From Octopus sinensis (lineage: Eukaryota): DNA of 64,000 bases. The position numbers and the translations under genes are program-made. The stretch lies in contig NC_043008.1 of assembly GCF_006345805.1 (NCBI RefSeq), positions 73,346,001-73,410,000 of the forward strand. The letters are read 5' to 3'. The notes under the pieces are model-generated. The model searched no databases. It was not told the DNA's origin and saw only the letters and a list, made by a program, of their open reading frames with translations. This document shows positions 15,089 through 29,361 of this stretch, piece after piece (position 1 is the stretch's first letter; each line of letters opens with the position of its first letter).

Positions 15089-15436
15089 CTGGTAAAATAA
15101 CTTCAAAAAGGAGAACTACTCAAAACTTTGGTTGGAACTCACTGTTCAACCGTGTACACTCATTAACCCAAACCTCCTGGCCCAAATTATACAATACACC
15201 AGAATTCCATCCATAGATCTATTCTTGCTGACTGCACATTGAAGAAGAAGTCTGTTCAAATTCCCTGCTTCATTACATGATGTCACTTCTGGCTCGTTAA
15301 CTTCTAATGTTTCCCTTCACCTCTGCTGTATCCCCACTAAGTGACAATCTCTCTCTTTCCCTCTCTCTCTTTCTCTCTCTCTCTCCCTCTCTCTCTGTTT
15401 CTCTTTCTCATCAGTTTTGTCACTCATGCATTAATA

Positions 15437-16655
15437 TATTAGGTTGGAAAGCAAGTCCTGTTGAATTTCTAGATGAGATAAAACAAATACTCCTTTGGTC
15501 TTAAGTGGTATATTCAATCAAGATGATATCTCTCCTCATTATTGATAGCATAATCCCATCTATTTGGTAAATTGCTAATCACTCAGGTGTTAAGTTCTTC
15601 TGGCTTCAAAGCAAAAACACACACGATATCATTTTTATGTCTTCACAATTAATAAACAGTTTTCCCTCTACTGAATTTCACAATGATATGAAAATATGAT
15701 AGTCAGATGGGTCAACGTGAGGAAAATAAGGAGAAAGAGCGAAGCTTCCACATTTAGTGCCATAATCTTCCCCAGAGTGACTTGGAGCAATATGTGGTAT
15801 TGCATTACCATGTAAGAGTAACATCCTTTTACAACTCATCAATGATGGTCACTTTTTCTGCAAATTTTTATGCAATGCCTCCAAATGACAATACTTTTCC
15901 ACATTTAATCTTGGTACAACACTTCATAATAGATGATGCCCTGCACATTTGACCAAACACAGAGCATAACATTATTCTGATGTAGTCCTGGTTTGGAGAT
16001 GGATTCCTTTTTCTATTGGGTGCTTTCTGTTATTGTTTTCACAAGATGTAATTATAGAGAGCCCACTTTTCAGCAGATGCAATGATTCTTCCTGGGAAAG
16101 GTTCAATAAGAAGTCTACTCTTCAATGATGAGCAGAGGGTAACTTTCTGATTCAGCTGTAAAGCAATCACATAATGAGGTTCCCACAGAGAAAATTTAGA
16201 CATTTTTCCAAATTCATGTTGGTATTTCATAATTAAAGTGTGACTTGACTTGAACTGTTTTTTGTTAACTCTTATGCAGTTTACTTTGGATTTTCAGAAA
16301 CTTGATATTGACAGAACTTGGCCAACCAGATCAAGGGAGTCTGTGAGAGAAAGCTTTCTTGAGCAAAATTGATCAAACTATCGTTGGCAAGTCCAGACAC
16401 TTGAAGCTTCATTTTTAGAGATGAAATGTATATTTCTTGCTACTTCCATTGCTGAAGAACTTTTTTGAATTAATACATCATGCATTTTTTTATATGGGTC
16501 TGATCTAAACTCAGTTTTAAAACTTAAAAAGCAATACAAATTTTACCACTGTAGTAGAAAGTAATCTGTCATGAAAAAGAAAAAATTAAGTATTGAAAAT
16601 GTATCCTCAAAGTGATCATGTCAAAAATGGGACAGAACCTTCTTTCCAACCAAAT
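15437..16655 (-). mobile_element. Decayed full-length mariner element
   Basis: TIR-like ATTAGGTTGGAAAG / CTTTCCAACCAAAT; PYFPHVDPSDYHIF (YSPDLAPSDY motif) on -; ~1.2 kb. Confidence 0.7.
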
Positions 16656-19569
16656 AAAAACATTTTCTCTCTCACTCATGTACATTTTAAAAGAAGATTC
16701 TCTACCTTCCACCACACCTTAATGTGACAATATATGTTTTTGTGCTTCCTTCTACCCTTATCTTGACATCATGTGATGATTCTAAATGAGGATCACTGTC
16801 ATACAAGCAAAGTCGTTCATTTTCACTATTATGAAAAACAACATCTTTGATTGTGGGCAAATATTGCTAGGAAACTGGTGCCGGTTAGTGACTGTAGAAA
16901 ACCTACCTTGACAAATTCTGTCAGACTCTTGCAATCATAGAAAAGTGTATGTCAAACAATGATGATGAAGATATTCAATAGATTCATTAATAGATAAAAA
17001 TGACAGAAATTACATGCGTAAGATTCTGAAGCAAACATAAGACAAACAAACAATACATGCATTCTGTCAAGTGGAAAAAGTGAAGAAATATAAAGGAATG
17101 TAGCCAACACTCTTCTCTCTATTAATAATCAAAGAAATGGCACTTACAGTTCCTGTTATTTGTTCATAACCTTCAGGAGACATGTGTCACCCATATGTTA
17201 AGTAAAGGCCTAATGTCAGAGAGAGTAGGGGGAGTAACCTGAAAAGCATTCTTCAATATGGGACATGTAAACCAATACTTCCAACTGTTCTAGAAATGAA
17301 ATACAAAGGAAAGAGTTTTGTTCTCCCAATATACTTATGTGTAAACAACATAAAATAAAAGCCTTTAAGTTCTTTTCATTCAAATCTCTGATGAGTTGTT
17401 AAGGGACCATTTTATCTATAATAAAAATGAAGATTCCTCTTTGAAATTAGTAAATAATTCAACCCTATTCAGTCAGCTATCTGCTATGAATGAAGAACAA
17501 GGACTTTCAATAGTATATTTTTACATATCTAGGATGGCAGTGTTTTATATTTCTCATGGGAAATGGAAGAAATAATGAAGAAACTAACTACAACAAATGG
17601 ATTGTTGCAATATGAAGCAATGTATTTATCTTCACAATGGAGAACTGACCCGAATGTTTGCAACAGACATGATTAGTTTTGAAATATTTCAGATCATATC
17701 CAAATTAGGTGTTTGATTATCAAATAACTAATTACTAAAACTACTATTTCATAAGGGTTGTTTCTTATTCTTCTCAGCTTCTTGTATCGTTATTTATTTT
17801 AAAATAGCTCTCCCTACTTGAGTGCCTTCTCTATTTCCATTGAATGCTCTAATGACTTTGATCAGTATTTCTTTCTGAAAACAATGTCCCACTTGAATTT
17901 TCTCCTTATCCATGTATTTCATAACAAAGATTGATTGATCCACATTGCTCAGGTCAGTGTCACCCAAATCAACATACCTAATCTTGAATAACCTGAAAAA
18001 CATCATGAATATATTTCCATTGCCATGGACCTTTTCTATCTCACTTTCACAATTACATGTGTTAGTACAACATTCTCCCTTCACTCTCAAATTCACAATA
18101 AAACGTTCCTTTCAAACACATATATAAATATGAGCTTCAGACATATGTAAACACACATGCACACATAGACACATACAGACATGCACACAAGGGCACAATG
18201 TGATATCTTGAAGGACCCATTGAATTTTTTAGTACAACAGAGTATTGGACAACCGAATATGCTAAACTCCTTATATTCTGAGACTAATTACAAAGTATTC
18301 TATACACTAATTCCTGGAAGTGGCACGAACAGCTTGTTGAATGTCACCTACAATTTGTATTGTTGCCACAGTTAACAAGATGTCTTTAAGTGGTCTGAGA
18401 CTTACTGATTCGATTAGATCAATGTATAAAAGAGAACTTATTGCAATAATGTGATACAATTAAGAACTACAGATTGTTGGTGACTCTAGCAGAATTCTTA
18501 CTTCTCTTCTAGGGACAATATTCCTTTGGTTATTGAACAGTAAAAAATTTGATCAGACACTTCAAAGTAGAATAGAAAAAAGGAAGTTTTGGTTGAAACT
18601 GAATTCTTGGCATTTATCTGATAATTTTGGCATTTCTTTGTGAAGTAAAATAACAAGAAGATAGAGTAGGCTGTTGAAATATGGTAACTGTTCAATAGTG
18701 TAATATCTGAAGGTGTATGTGTGGTTGTGTGTGAGTGTGTGTAAGCTTTCTGTGTGAGTGTATGTATGTGTCTGATTGTGTCTATCTGTGGTTATGTTCA
18801 TGTATTTATGAGTGTATGTGCATGTATATATGTACGTATGTTTTCTGTGTGTGTCTATCTCTGTAACTATGAGAGTGTGTATGTGTGTTTTCTGTGAATG
18901 AATGTATTTGTGTCTATCCCTGTGACTATGTGAGTGTGTATGTAAATGTTTACTTGTTTGTGCGAGTGGATGTGCATTCTGTGTATGTGTATATGTGTTT
19001 TCTGTGTATGTATCTGCCTATTTGTATCTATCTCTGATTTATGTGTGTATGTTTAAGAGAGTGTGTATGTATTTGAGAATTTGTGTCTGTAAATGTGTTT
19101 TTTTTATGTAAATGTGTACATTTCTTTGTGTCTAATTCAGCAACTATGTGTATATATTTATGAATGCAAGCACGTATGTAATTGTGTATACATGCCTGTT
19201 TGTCTCTGAATTTATTTCTATCTTTTTGTGTGTCTGAATGTGCTTTAAGCATATATCTTATGTGTTTGTGTTCATGTTTGCATATGTATGGATGTTCATG
19301 TATGTGTACGTGCCCCATCACTTTTCCTGTGTACATACTGGTTTTCTGTAAAGAAATTTTACATTGATCCTGGTTTGACCTTGGCAGTATTTGAACTCAG
19401 AAAGTAAAGAGCCAAAAGAAATATTGCTCATCATTTTGTTCAATGCACTAATGATTCTGCCAACTCTCCATAATAATAATAATAATAATGATGATGATGA
19501 TGATGATTATGACGACGACGATGATGATGACGATGACGACGATGATGATGATGATGATGACGATGATGA

Positions 19570-20400
19570 TAATAATAAAACAGTAAATAAATGTACATTA
19601 TTTACATTTGACGGATGTTTGTTGTTAACACAATGTTTCGGCTGATATACCCTCCAGCCTTCTTCAGGTGTCTTGGGGAAATTTCGAACCTGGGCTCTCA
19701 TTCCTAAGGTATTCATCGATGTTATTATTATCATTATTATTATTACTGTTCAGGTCACTACTTGGAATCGAGCTCAGAATCTTGGTATTAGTCGCCCGTG
19801 CTCTTAACCACTACGCCATATGCCCGTGGGCAATTACGGAGTGAAATTTAGGGCTTATAAATCTGATATTTTTCTATCCTTCCTTAATACCGGTTCCCAT
19901 ATGCTGCTCATATCTGCACTAAGTCTGCTTAGGAGGTTGTGTCCTAGCATATATGCTGCTTCTTTTAGTTTTCGTATTTTCCAGTGGTGTTCTCTGTCTA
20001 TTATTTTAACTTCATCCCACAGGAGGAGGTGGTCTCCATTTTCCCATACATGAGCAGCTATACCTAATTTATCAATATCTCCTCGTGTCACAGCTTTGCG
20101 ATGTTTGTCTACCCTTATTTTGAGGGGGCGGCATGTTTCGCCTTTGTATAACCTACCGTAGCTGCATGGGATGGAGTACACGCAGTCTTTGGTCATATTC
20201 TCTTCTATTGGTGGTTTTACCTGAAGGAGATATTTGCGAAGTGTATTACTCTTGAATACTGTCCTGATGTCACATAGGGTAGACAGACTGTGGACAGTTT
20301 ATAGTCCTCAACCTTACTCTTCTTCATAATTGGAGTGGATAGTATACTTTTGGGGTGGTTGTTGCTTAACAGATCGTTATTGAGCTTGATCATTTCTTCG
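19570..20400 (-). pseudogene. 3' part of a Penelope/Poseidon-like PLE with GIY-YIG ORF (19855-20196) and pseudo-LTR
   Basis: CVYSIPCS.GRLYKGETCRPLKIRV..H, IAAHVW, RKLKEA; upstream VCLPYV. Confidence 0.85.
19628..19671 (-). ncRNA. Degenerate hammerhead motif in the pseudo-LTR downstream of a Penelope endonuclease
   Basis: Minus strand ACAC-CTGAAGA-AGGC...GCC-GAAAC-ATT-GTGT (GTT>ATT, consistent with CpG decay). Confidence 0.65.
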
Positions 20401-21076
20401 TGGTGTGTATTACAATCGTTAGGAGGAGAGAAAATAGTAATCCAGTGAAGGAGAAGTAGCGAGAGTAATAACCTTGACTGAGCGGGAGTGAGTAAAAGTA
20501 ATAGCAAGGAGAGAAAGTAAGTGGCAGAGAACACATCGTGTATCTGTTTTTCTCTGTCGCAACATATGAATGAGAAAGGAAGGGGTGATATATGAATAAC
20601 AAAGGAAGAGGTGGAAAAAAATATCAGCATTTCATTTCTGTGTGAGTATATGTGTGTATGTGTTTGCATGTACAAGGTAAGTATGTGCATGTTTGTATGT
20701 GTGATCATTATTTATCTTATTTTGTAACTTATCTATATATAAAATACTACAATTAGCTGTGATTTTTGATGGCACGTGGTCAGCTAGTAATAATAATAAA
20801 GGATTCTTAACATCCAAATGCCAATTCTTGTAATTTGCGGAAAGAGACCCTTTTAACAACAGGCTGCTGTCCATTCTCATATAATCGACCAGAGCAAGTA
20901 AGACTGAGAACTCTGAGAAGTAAAATGAAATAAAAATGACAATAGCAACAATGATAATAATCAGAGAAGATGGTGTGTCTTTGGGAGTTATTATTAAACA
21001 ATCTCATTGTACCACTTATTACACATACACACACAATTAACATGGCATGTGTATGTGTGTGCATGTGTGTGTGCGT

Positions 21077-21113
<37 letters not shown>

Positions 21114-21595
21114 TGTGTAGGTATATATAATGGTAATTACATAAATAGCATCAATTTTCTGGAACCTTTGATTCCATAGTCTTTCTGGATTGCTGATATT
21201 TCTGAAAAAAGTGTGATCACCTTAGTCAACACACTCCAAATTTGCTTAAATAAGTGAATGAAATACAAGTACCTGTACCTCAATATGAATGATACAAATA
21301 TAATACTATACTGAGCAAGGTACCAGTAAACTAATCTGGAGGCTGTGAGAATATGAATTTTCTGCTCATAAATTAGTGCAGATTATAAGAAGTTCTGGAC
21401 CATCAGTGTCTGGAATGTTGGTGTTGTACCTATATAATAGATTGAAGATGAATGTAACATAATGATGATATTACACATGTACATGCTTATTTATATATGT
21501 GTGCACTCACACACACACAGAGGAGTATATGCACAGAAGTGAAAAGACATTTATATAAACATATACACACGCAAACACACAGACACTTTTAAAGT

Positions 21596-21649
<54 letters not shown>

Positions 21650-22212
21650 CATATATATTGATATAATAATGTAGTATCAACCTATCTGCTTGCTTCTCTC
21701 TCTCTCATTCTATAATTCATAGCATATCTAATGTTTACAGATTTTTTTCCTCTATGAAAACCTCTTATTGTCCTCTTGCAAACTAAAATACAGAGATTGT
21801 CTACAGAACAATACTGTTTAATAGAATGTATATTCTACGTATATTCAACATATTTTACCTTCATCTTCTGCAACACACCAATTTGCCATATTGTTTTATC
21901 CTCTCTCTACATATTACTGCTTGTATTTTTTTTATTTATACATATATTCACAAAAACACATACACACAACATATATATATACATAGTGTTCTTCCCTATA
22001 TAAAATTGATCATTTATGTAAGACATACACACTCACAAATGTAAACACAGTAATAGACAGACAGAGAATTTGTGTTATGAACTTGTTTTGTGCTTATGTC
22101 TGTAAGCTTGGTTTTGTATGTAAGATGGAACATTTATGTCCGATTCATACCAAGCTTCATTTATTTCAACGTTTCTTTCAGTATATATTTTCCCTAAAAC
22201 TTAATGAATAAT

Positions 22213-22425
22213 AAACCTTTCTACTATAGGCACAACACCTGAAATTGTGGGATAGGCGCTAGTTGATTACATCAACCCCAATGCTTGACTGATGCTTGTT
22301 TTATCAACTCAGAAAGAATGAAAATGAAAGTTGACCGAAGCAGTATTTGAACTCAGGATGTAAAGAACTAAGAAATGCCACAAAGCAGTTTGCCTGATGT
22401 GCTAAGTTTCTATTAGCTCACTGGC
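22213..22425 (-). mobile_element. SINE family B, diverged
   Basis: TTTCTACTATAGGCACAA...TTTGAACTCAG homology. Confidence 0.65.
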
Positions 22426-22476
22426 TTGCTTTCATTCATTTGCCACAAGGGCAGCATTGTTACACCGTAATTCGCT

Positions 22477-22620
22477 ATGGGAAAGCGTCGTAGTATCAGC
22501 CTAGTTACTAGATCAAAGATTGTGTTGCTTCATCAGCAAAATGTCCCCTTCATGGACATTAGCAAGCAATTAGGATGCAGCAAAACGGCATGTGAGGTAA
22601 AATATTATGAAAAAATATAA
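22477..22620 (+). pseudogene. Tc1-like transposase N-terminal HTH fragment
   Basis: MGKRRSISLVTRSKIVLLHQQNVPFMDISKQLGCSKTACE; 47-aa ORF, below the track cutoff. Confidence 0.65.
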
Positions 22621-22954
22621 GCAAGGCAAAAATTGGTTTTGACTATAATTAACTTTTGTATTTTCAGAATAAACTATATTTTAAATAAACTTAAATGAAA
22701 GAGCTCAATTCTTAAAATTCCATATGTCAATCTCATGCAATAAAGTTTTAAAAGAAAAAAACTTATGTTTGTTTTACAAATTTGAGGTTGATAATATAGT
22801 TCTATACATTTTTAATGAATATAATTCTATAAGAGGACTTTTAATATACGTAACAGGCGTTATTGAGGTAAGGAAAAATTATCAACGACACCAATAATTG
22901 ACATATTTTACCCATTATTAATTGGCATAATAGCATAGCCTGGAAAAAGCATGA

Positions 22955-23773
22955 ATTACATGGAAAAACGCGAACAAGAAGATTATAAACCTTGAAAATT
23001 ACAGGACAACTTATTACAATTGGAAAAAGTTCAGGACAACTTATTACATGTGGTAAAGTACAGAATAAGAAAAGGTTTACTTAAAATATTGCAGCTAAGG
23101 GTAAAATCTGAATATTAAAAAGTATTTGATTTTAATTTACAAAGTAACATTATAATTAAAAAAGGTATCATTTTGCTAACATATCGACACACTAATATAC
23201 TTAAAAAATGGGAACCAGAAGTACCAATACAGCTACAATTTTATGAAAAGTAGAATAGTATATATGGTAGGCAAATTCATTATGAAAAAAATAGGCATTG
23301 GGTCAAGATTAAAAAAGTGAAAACTTGGCAATGACATTACCTTGAATTTGTTGTTATAGGTAGATTTTACTGTAATTTAGAAGTAATTTTTGTATTATTC
23401 GTTTTATTGTACTAATTATGTACTATTATTATTTTTATAACCTATTTTCAAATTCCTAATTATTATTTAATAATCAATATATGAATTTTTTAAAGTGCAA
23501 AAAATATTTTGAGTTATTTTTAATTTTTAATAGAAGTAACAAATAATAAGAAATAGAAGTAATAACTTATAGTAAAACTTTTAGTTTTAATAAAAGCTAA
23601 TATTTTCTAAATCTAAATAATTTATTTGAAATTTTATCCTTGGCTGCAATATTTTAATTAAAAAGTTTCTTGCTCTGTACTTTACCTGATGTAATAAGTT
23701 GTCAAGAACTTTTCAAGTGTAATAATTTGTCCTGTAATATTATTTCTCTTGCTCGCATTTTCCCATGTAATGC
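22955..23773. repeat. Old fold-back/MITE with diverged ~150-bp inverted arms (22955-23110 / 23630-23773)
   Basis: GACAACTTATTACA..GGTAAAGTACAGA and AAAATATTGCAGC versus their reverse complements. Confidence 0.65.
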
Positions 23774-24247
23774 AATTATGTTTTAGTGTATTTGTGCGCA
23801 TGTGTATGTTAATGTGTTGAAAAGGAGCCATTGGGCTGCCTAAACGATATTTTCGATACAGTTAATTGCAATTAAAAACAGTATTCCTAATTTTCATTAT
23901 TACCTGTGAGAATATGAAATGTTAGCAAAGTATTTAATTACTTAGGACTTATATTGTAAGTCACCTAGTTAAAACCTCTAGTATTAAAAATTAAATATTA
24001 ATTTTTATTTTTATAATCTAAGACATAAATTATAGTTACTTTAACTATGCACCACATGGCCAAGACAAAATTCGGTTTGTTTACATGACATGGTAGCCGT
24101 GAACAAGACTTGAGTGCAGTATATTTTTTATTATATGTCCACCAAGAATTATTTTTTATTTTTAAGTCTCTTGGTAATAATTATTAGTATTAACAATTAA
24201 ATAGAAATATATTTAATATAATTTAAATGACAAATATATCTAATATT

Positions 24248-25233
24248 GGATCTTTTCTTTTTGAAGGCCAGATTTGCCTAGTTAACTAAACAATTTGAAA
24301 CTTCGTATACTGGTAGAATGTGTCAAAAGAAAACATTATTGTAAACAAAATTGAAAACAAAATTGTAATTCGTAACTTAAACGTAGTTTAATTAAAAAAA
24401 TTTTAACCAATGAAATCGCAGCATTCGAGCTCAAATTATTTACCTCTTCTTCTGTCTTCTACATGTGATAGAAATAACAGCTATATCTCTTAAATCGATT
24501 AATTTCGTCGCCCAATAAAAATATTAACGATATATTTTGAATATTTTCTTTATTTTTTTTTTTTACCGAAAAGGCTTCTCCCATGGTTTTGAAGGGCCAG
24601 AAACAACAAAAACAAAACAATAATATGCCTAAATCGGTCTCGAGTTTGCGCGTGGAGTGTGCGTCGTGTTGTAAAAATTTGCGAAATATTTTTTCATAAA
24701 AGGATGCCCCCAGCTTGTCGGAAGCTGTGATATAAATTGGGAAAAAAATCCTCGACACCAGTGCGTAATTGGTACTTAATTTATCGACCCCGAAACGATG
24801 AAACATTGACCCCACCCCCCCTTCTGTGCAAATTTGTTGCGGCAAGTGGGAAAACACAACGTGTATTTTTGCTTGTGTGCGTATGTGTGTATATGTATAT
24901 GTCCGTTTGTATGTGTGTGTACGCTTATATATTAATTACTATGTGCTTGTGCAAATGTGTGTGTGTGTGTGTCGTGTGTGTCGTGCGTCTGCTATATTTC
25001 TTTATCAATATCGATAACGCAGCAATGTTGGGATTTCATTGGTTAATATTCGAAGATGTTGGGATTTCATTGGTTAAAATTCTTAAAAATTAAACTACGT
25101 TTAAGTTACAAATTACAATTTTGTTTTCAATTTTGCTTACAATAATGTTTTCTTTTGACACATTCTACCAGTATACGAAGTTTCAAATTTTTTAGTTAAC
25201 TAGGAAAATCTGGCCTTCAAAAAGAAAAGATCC
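24248..25233. mobile_element. MITE with ~180-bp TIRs, GG termini and 8-bp TSD (Merlin-like)
   Basis: GGATCTTTTCTTTTTGAAGGCCAG ... CTGGCCTTCAAAAAGAAAAGATCC; TSD CTAATATT at 24240-24247 and 25234-25241. Confidence 0.85.
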
Positions 25234-25379
25234 CTAATATTTAGTGTGTATACGTGACGATAACGAATTCAAACTGTTTACTATTTACCATATCTGTATA
25301 CTACGTCATCAAGATTAGTGCAGAAAATATATTTTTTACTGTAACAATGAGAAAAGCCTCTGCTTATATCCAGCTCTAC

Positions 25380-26655
25380 TGAGTACTATGTTATAAAAGT
25401 CTGCATTTTTGTTAATCATTTCTTCACTAGATGATGAATTTGATATTTTCTAGATATATTGCAAACTAAATTTTGTATTTGATAGAATCAGGTGATTACT
25501 TCCAATATTTATATATTTAAGGTTAGTGTTAGGCTTATGGAATAGTTCATAGTTACCAGTAATAAAGTTAAGGTTTACATCTAGGAAGTTTACTGGCTCA
25601 TGCTAATTTTCAATAGTTATAGAGTCCAAAACTTTAAACAAACAATAAAATTTCGACTTATACAGTTCTAATTTTCTAGTAGATAGATTTCTAAGTGTTA
25701 AAAGCACATCATTCCTATATAAACCTCCAACAAGTTGAAGAAAATCCCTACCTAATACAAATAAAACATAAATACCTACTAAATCTGTAACTTGCGCAGA
25801 ATCAGTATATCCCATAGTAATATCCAAGCCATAACAAGTATCCTTTTTAATCCAATACTGGTTATTAATAAGGCGGTGAGCCGGCAGAAACGTTAGCACG
25901 CCAGGCGAAATGCTTAACGTTATTTCGTCTGCCGCTAAGTTCTGAGTTCAAATTCCGCCGAGGTCAACTTTGCCTTTCATCCTTTCGGGATCGATTAAAT
26001 AAGTACCAGTTACGCACTGGTGTCGATATAATTGACGTAATCCGTTTGTCTGTTCTTGTTTGTCCCCTCTGTGTGTAGCCCCTTGTGGGCAGTAAAGAAA
26101 TAGGTATTCTGTCTGTCTTTACTTTCTGATTTCAAATTCCGTCGAGGTAGACTTTGCTTTTCATGCTTTCGGGGGGTCAATAAACTGAGTATTAGTTGCG
26201 TTCCGAGATCGATCTAATCGATAATTCACCTCCCTCAGAATTTCGGGCCTTGTGCCTAGAGTAGGGAAAAATATTGGTTATAAAACTCTATAACCGTTTT
26301 CCTGGCAGTTAAAATTATGTCAATTTCTTTCATACTTAATTCTGAGTTTTTCTTAGCAGACAAAAGGGCCCCGTTTAATAATATCTAGTTAATAAAAGAG
26401 TAATTACTATCTATATGAATTTGTACAAATTTATTTCTACTTTGACTTAATACTATTGAACCAGTTTATTACTTAGTGAATATTAGACCAGAGCTGTAAG
26501 CGTATCTTTTTCTTAAGTATAGGTATATACCTATGTAAAATACTTTTACTTAGTCTGCCTAAGTCTGATATCCCTGGGTAAATCAATCTTACTTTTGGGT
26601 TTCCATAAAAATTGGACTTGTAGTCCTTTAAGATAAACTTAGGACTATTTGGAAC
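25380..26655 (-). pseudogene. Naiad-like RT fragment interrupted by a SINE
   Basis: LKDYKSNF.GNPKVRLIYP..SDLGRLSK; DITMGYTDSAQVTDLVGIY; GGLYRND. Confidence 0.75.
25871..26270 (+). mobile_element. tRNA-derived SINE, family B (dimeric)
   Basis: GGCGGTGAGCCGGCAGAAACGTTAGC...GAGTTCAAATTCC...AAGTACCAGT; TSD-like AATA.TGGTTAT flanks. Confidence 0.8.
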
Positions 26656-26879
26656 AACAACAACAATAATAATAGAAACCAGCACAAGGAACCCTGGAAA
26701 ACACACTAGTTACACAATAAGTACGTGAATTAAATAATTACTTATGCATGCAACTGTCCATGCATCCTTGTGCACATGCTTAAATTAACACGCAACATGA
26801 ATAATGCTTAACATCATTAAACAGTTATACTCGGAAACATAGCTACCAAAATATAGAGGCGATTTTCGATCTATCAGCC

Positions 26880-28670
26880 GACGATTTGATAAATATATCC
26901 ATTCGAAGAACAACGAAACAGTGTCATCTCAAAATGTCAACCTTGAACAAACAGTCCCTGCTCCTATTGTCACAGTCAATAACAAGCTTTAATAACAAGC
27001 CAAAACTCATGCTGGATCGGTCATCGCATGGGATAAGGACTGCGTTGCTCAGTGGGGAACCAGGCTGGGGTCGAAAAGTCTGCTGCTGGAACAAACTCTC
27101 AGAAAAAAACAAGCTCTCAGGTAACCAGAGGCAGGATAACCCTAACCCTAGACTTGTAGCGATACCACCTAAAGCAAGCACATAAAGTGGACGAGAGCGG
27201 ATTATGGAGATATTTTGAAAGCTTTCTATACAGCCTAACTAAGCTCAAACATTAACCTCATTGTACAATCATACACTTCACGGAGAAACTTAGTAGGCAA
27301 CGAAGTACGCAAATATAAGTGGTCTGATCAGTAAGTATCCTGACTATTGCTATAGTCCAGAAACTAAAGCATACAGAGTAAAGCCGCTTTTCATAGATTG
27401 ACTTTAAACATTGTTGTGTTTGTGCTCTAAGTTTTAACGTTCTAACCCACTATCGCTGCTTACAGAAGTGCTTGGAAGGAACGTGTGTAGGGGTGATCAT
27501 TGCCCTGGCCATGAGAGAGAAGGTTTGAGCAGAGCTCTGCATCAAGTTTTGTCAAAAGCTTGGTGATACCTGCTCAGAGGCCTAAGAAAAGTTTCAAAAA
27601 GTTTTCATCGTTCTCGACACAGTCAGTAGAGATCTGGCGCAACCCTAGTGTCTTTTTGGTCAGCAAAAAGACACTAGTGTCTCATACCCAAATCTTCAGT
27701 GATATTGGACTGAACTGAACCTTAACTCATCTGCACATCCTCTGATAACTCACGAATGGTGATTCGATGATTCGTCCTCACAGCTGCACGGAAATCTGCG
27801 ATGTTTCTTTGAGTTTTGCTGCTTACAGGTCTCCCAGAACATTCGTCACTATCGACGTTTTTCGGCCATCTTGGAAACGTCTGAACCACTTGTACACTTG
27901 TGTGCAACTCATACACTCCTCTCCATGCATTTGCTGCAACTTCGCGTAGGAATCTGAGCAGGTATCACCATGGCAACTTTCTCTGTCAATGCGACGATCA
28001 CACCCTACACACGTTCCTTCCAAACACTAGCGGATGTGAAGCAGAACGGTAATTTTTAGTGCGCATGCACAGCAGATTTTAAGATCAATCTGTGCCATTG
28101 GCTTTACTCTACGGGATTTAGCTTCGTTGCTATGGCAACAGTCCGGATACTTATTGATCAGACATCATATAGACGCAAATAAATTAAATAATGTACATAA
28201 AGACATTATGAAGAATAAAAGGTTAACTGGCGCTGAAATTAGCCAAATTAGGACACAAATATCACATGATAGTCTAAATGAAAACAGCAGCAATGCAGAT
28301 GTAATAGGTAACAGATGCACTGAAGCCAGTGTATGAGCAGTACATCCCAACGAGGGAGCTGAAGAAAGAATAGCGAAGAACAGATATGCGGAAAAAGAAG
28401 AGAAAGTAGACCTACATCAAGAACACCAGAATAGATATGGCACAGAATACGAGGCGAACAACAAAGTGATCATTGAAGCAAAAGAAGATATTATAAGAGA
28501 ACTCAGCAAGACTGAGGTTACTCACATGATCAATAGAGAGCCGCTACCAAACTCTCAAACGGCATAAAAGACAACATAATCATGATATATATAATGTTGC
28601 TCTTAGATCTTAAGAAATAAGTGAAATTACCTAACAACCTTAAATAACCTCATCTATTCTACTGCTAAAT
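26880..28670 (+). pseudogene. R4/Dong-like LINE 5' fragment, interrupted by a mariner fold-back
   Basis: KWTR.DY..IL.AFY; joined RKYIDANKLNNV.KDIMKNKRLT..EI.QI. Confidence 0.55.
27318..28167. mobile_element. Mariner-derived fold-back element made of two inverted 5' ends, TA TSD
   Basis: TIR GTCTGATCA.TAAGTATCC.GACT at both ends; CIKFCQKLGDTCSEA on +, GDTCSDSYAKLQ...VYKWFRRFQDG and SGRP on -. Confidence 0.8.
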
Positions 28671-29222
28671 TTTTGGTTACAGAACCTAGCTGTTCTTTCT
28701 AGCGTGTTGAATCTCACGAGTGGATTCCTTGTGTGTTTAAATGCATAGTCCTAATACATAGTCCTTGGACTAAATTTTTACACGTTTGGCCACTAGAAGT
28801 GAAAAATTCTCTTAATTTCCATTTCCCTTTGATATGATTAAGTATTGTAAGATTTTGGATAATTTTCGGGTTTTTTAAAAGTTGGTATTTTTTTATTGCC
28901 GGCGAAGGGCTGCGTCTGCGCAGTAGATTTTGAAAAAATTAGGATGTATAAACAAGAGGCACATAGCAGATCGCCTCGTGTTTATATATTTATATATTTA
29001 ATCTAAGGTGTACCTGTTGAGAACGATTTCACCTAGCGGGTAAATGATATTTATCTGCAAAACTAAAATCAGAAACCAATTGGTCCAGGAAAGTAGATGG
29101 TAAAATGTTTTTATGTTTCATTTCGTTCCTATCGACTTTTATCCCTAATTTTGTGGTTATAGAACCTAGCTGTTCTTTCTAGCGTGTTGAATCCCACGAG
29201 TGGATTCATTATGTGTTTAAAC
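28670..29222 (+). repeat. Partial tandem pseudo-LTR (480-bp period) with a decayed HHR-like motif (29013-29089)
   Basis: AGAACCTAGCTGTTCTTTCTAGCGTGTTGAATC at 28681 and 29161; CCTG...GATTT...AAATCA-GAAAC-CAATTG-GTC-CAGG. Confidence 0.6.
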
Positions 29223-29361
29223 GTACACTATATTTTATATATATATGTATATATGTATGCATGTGTGTGCATGTATATATATATATATATATATACATTT
29301 ATTTGAAGCAGCTGAATATGATTTACTTTTTAAATTATTTGATACAATTTCTCATATATAT

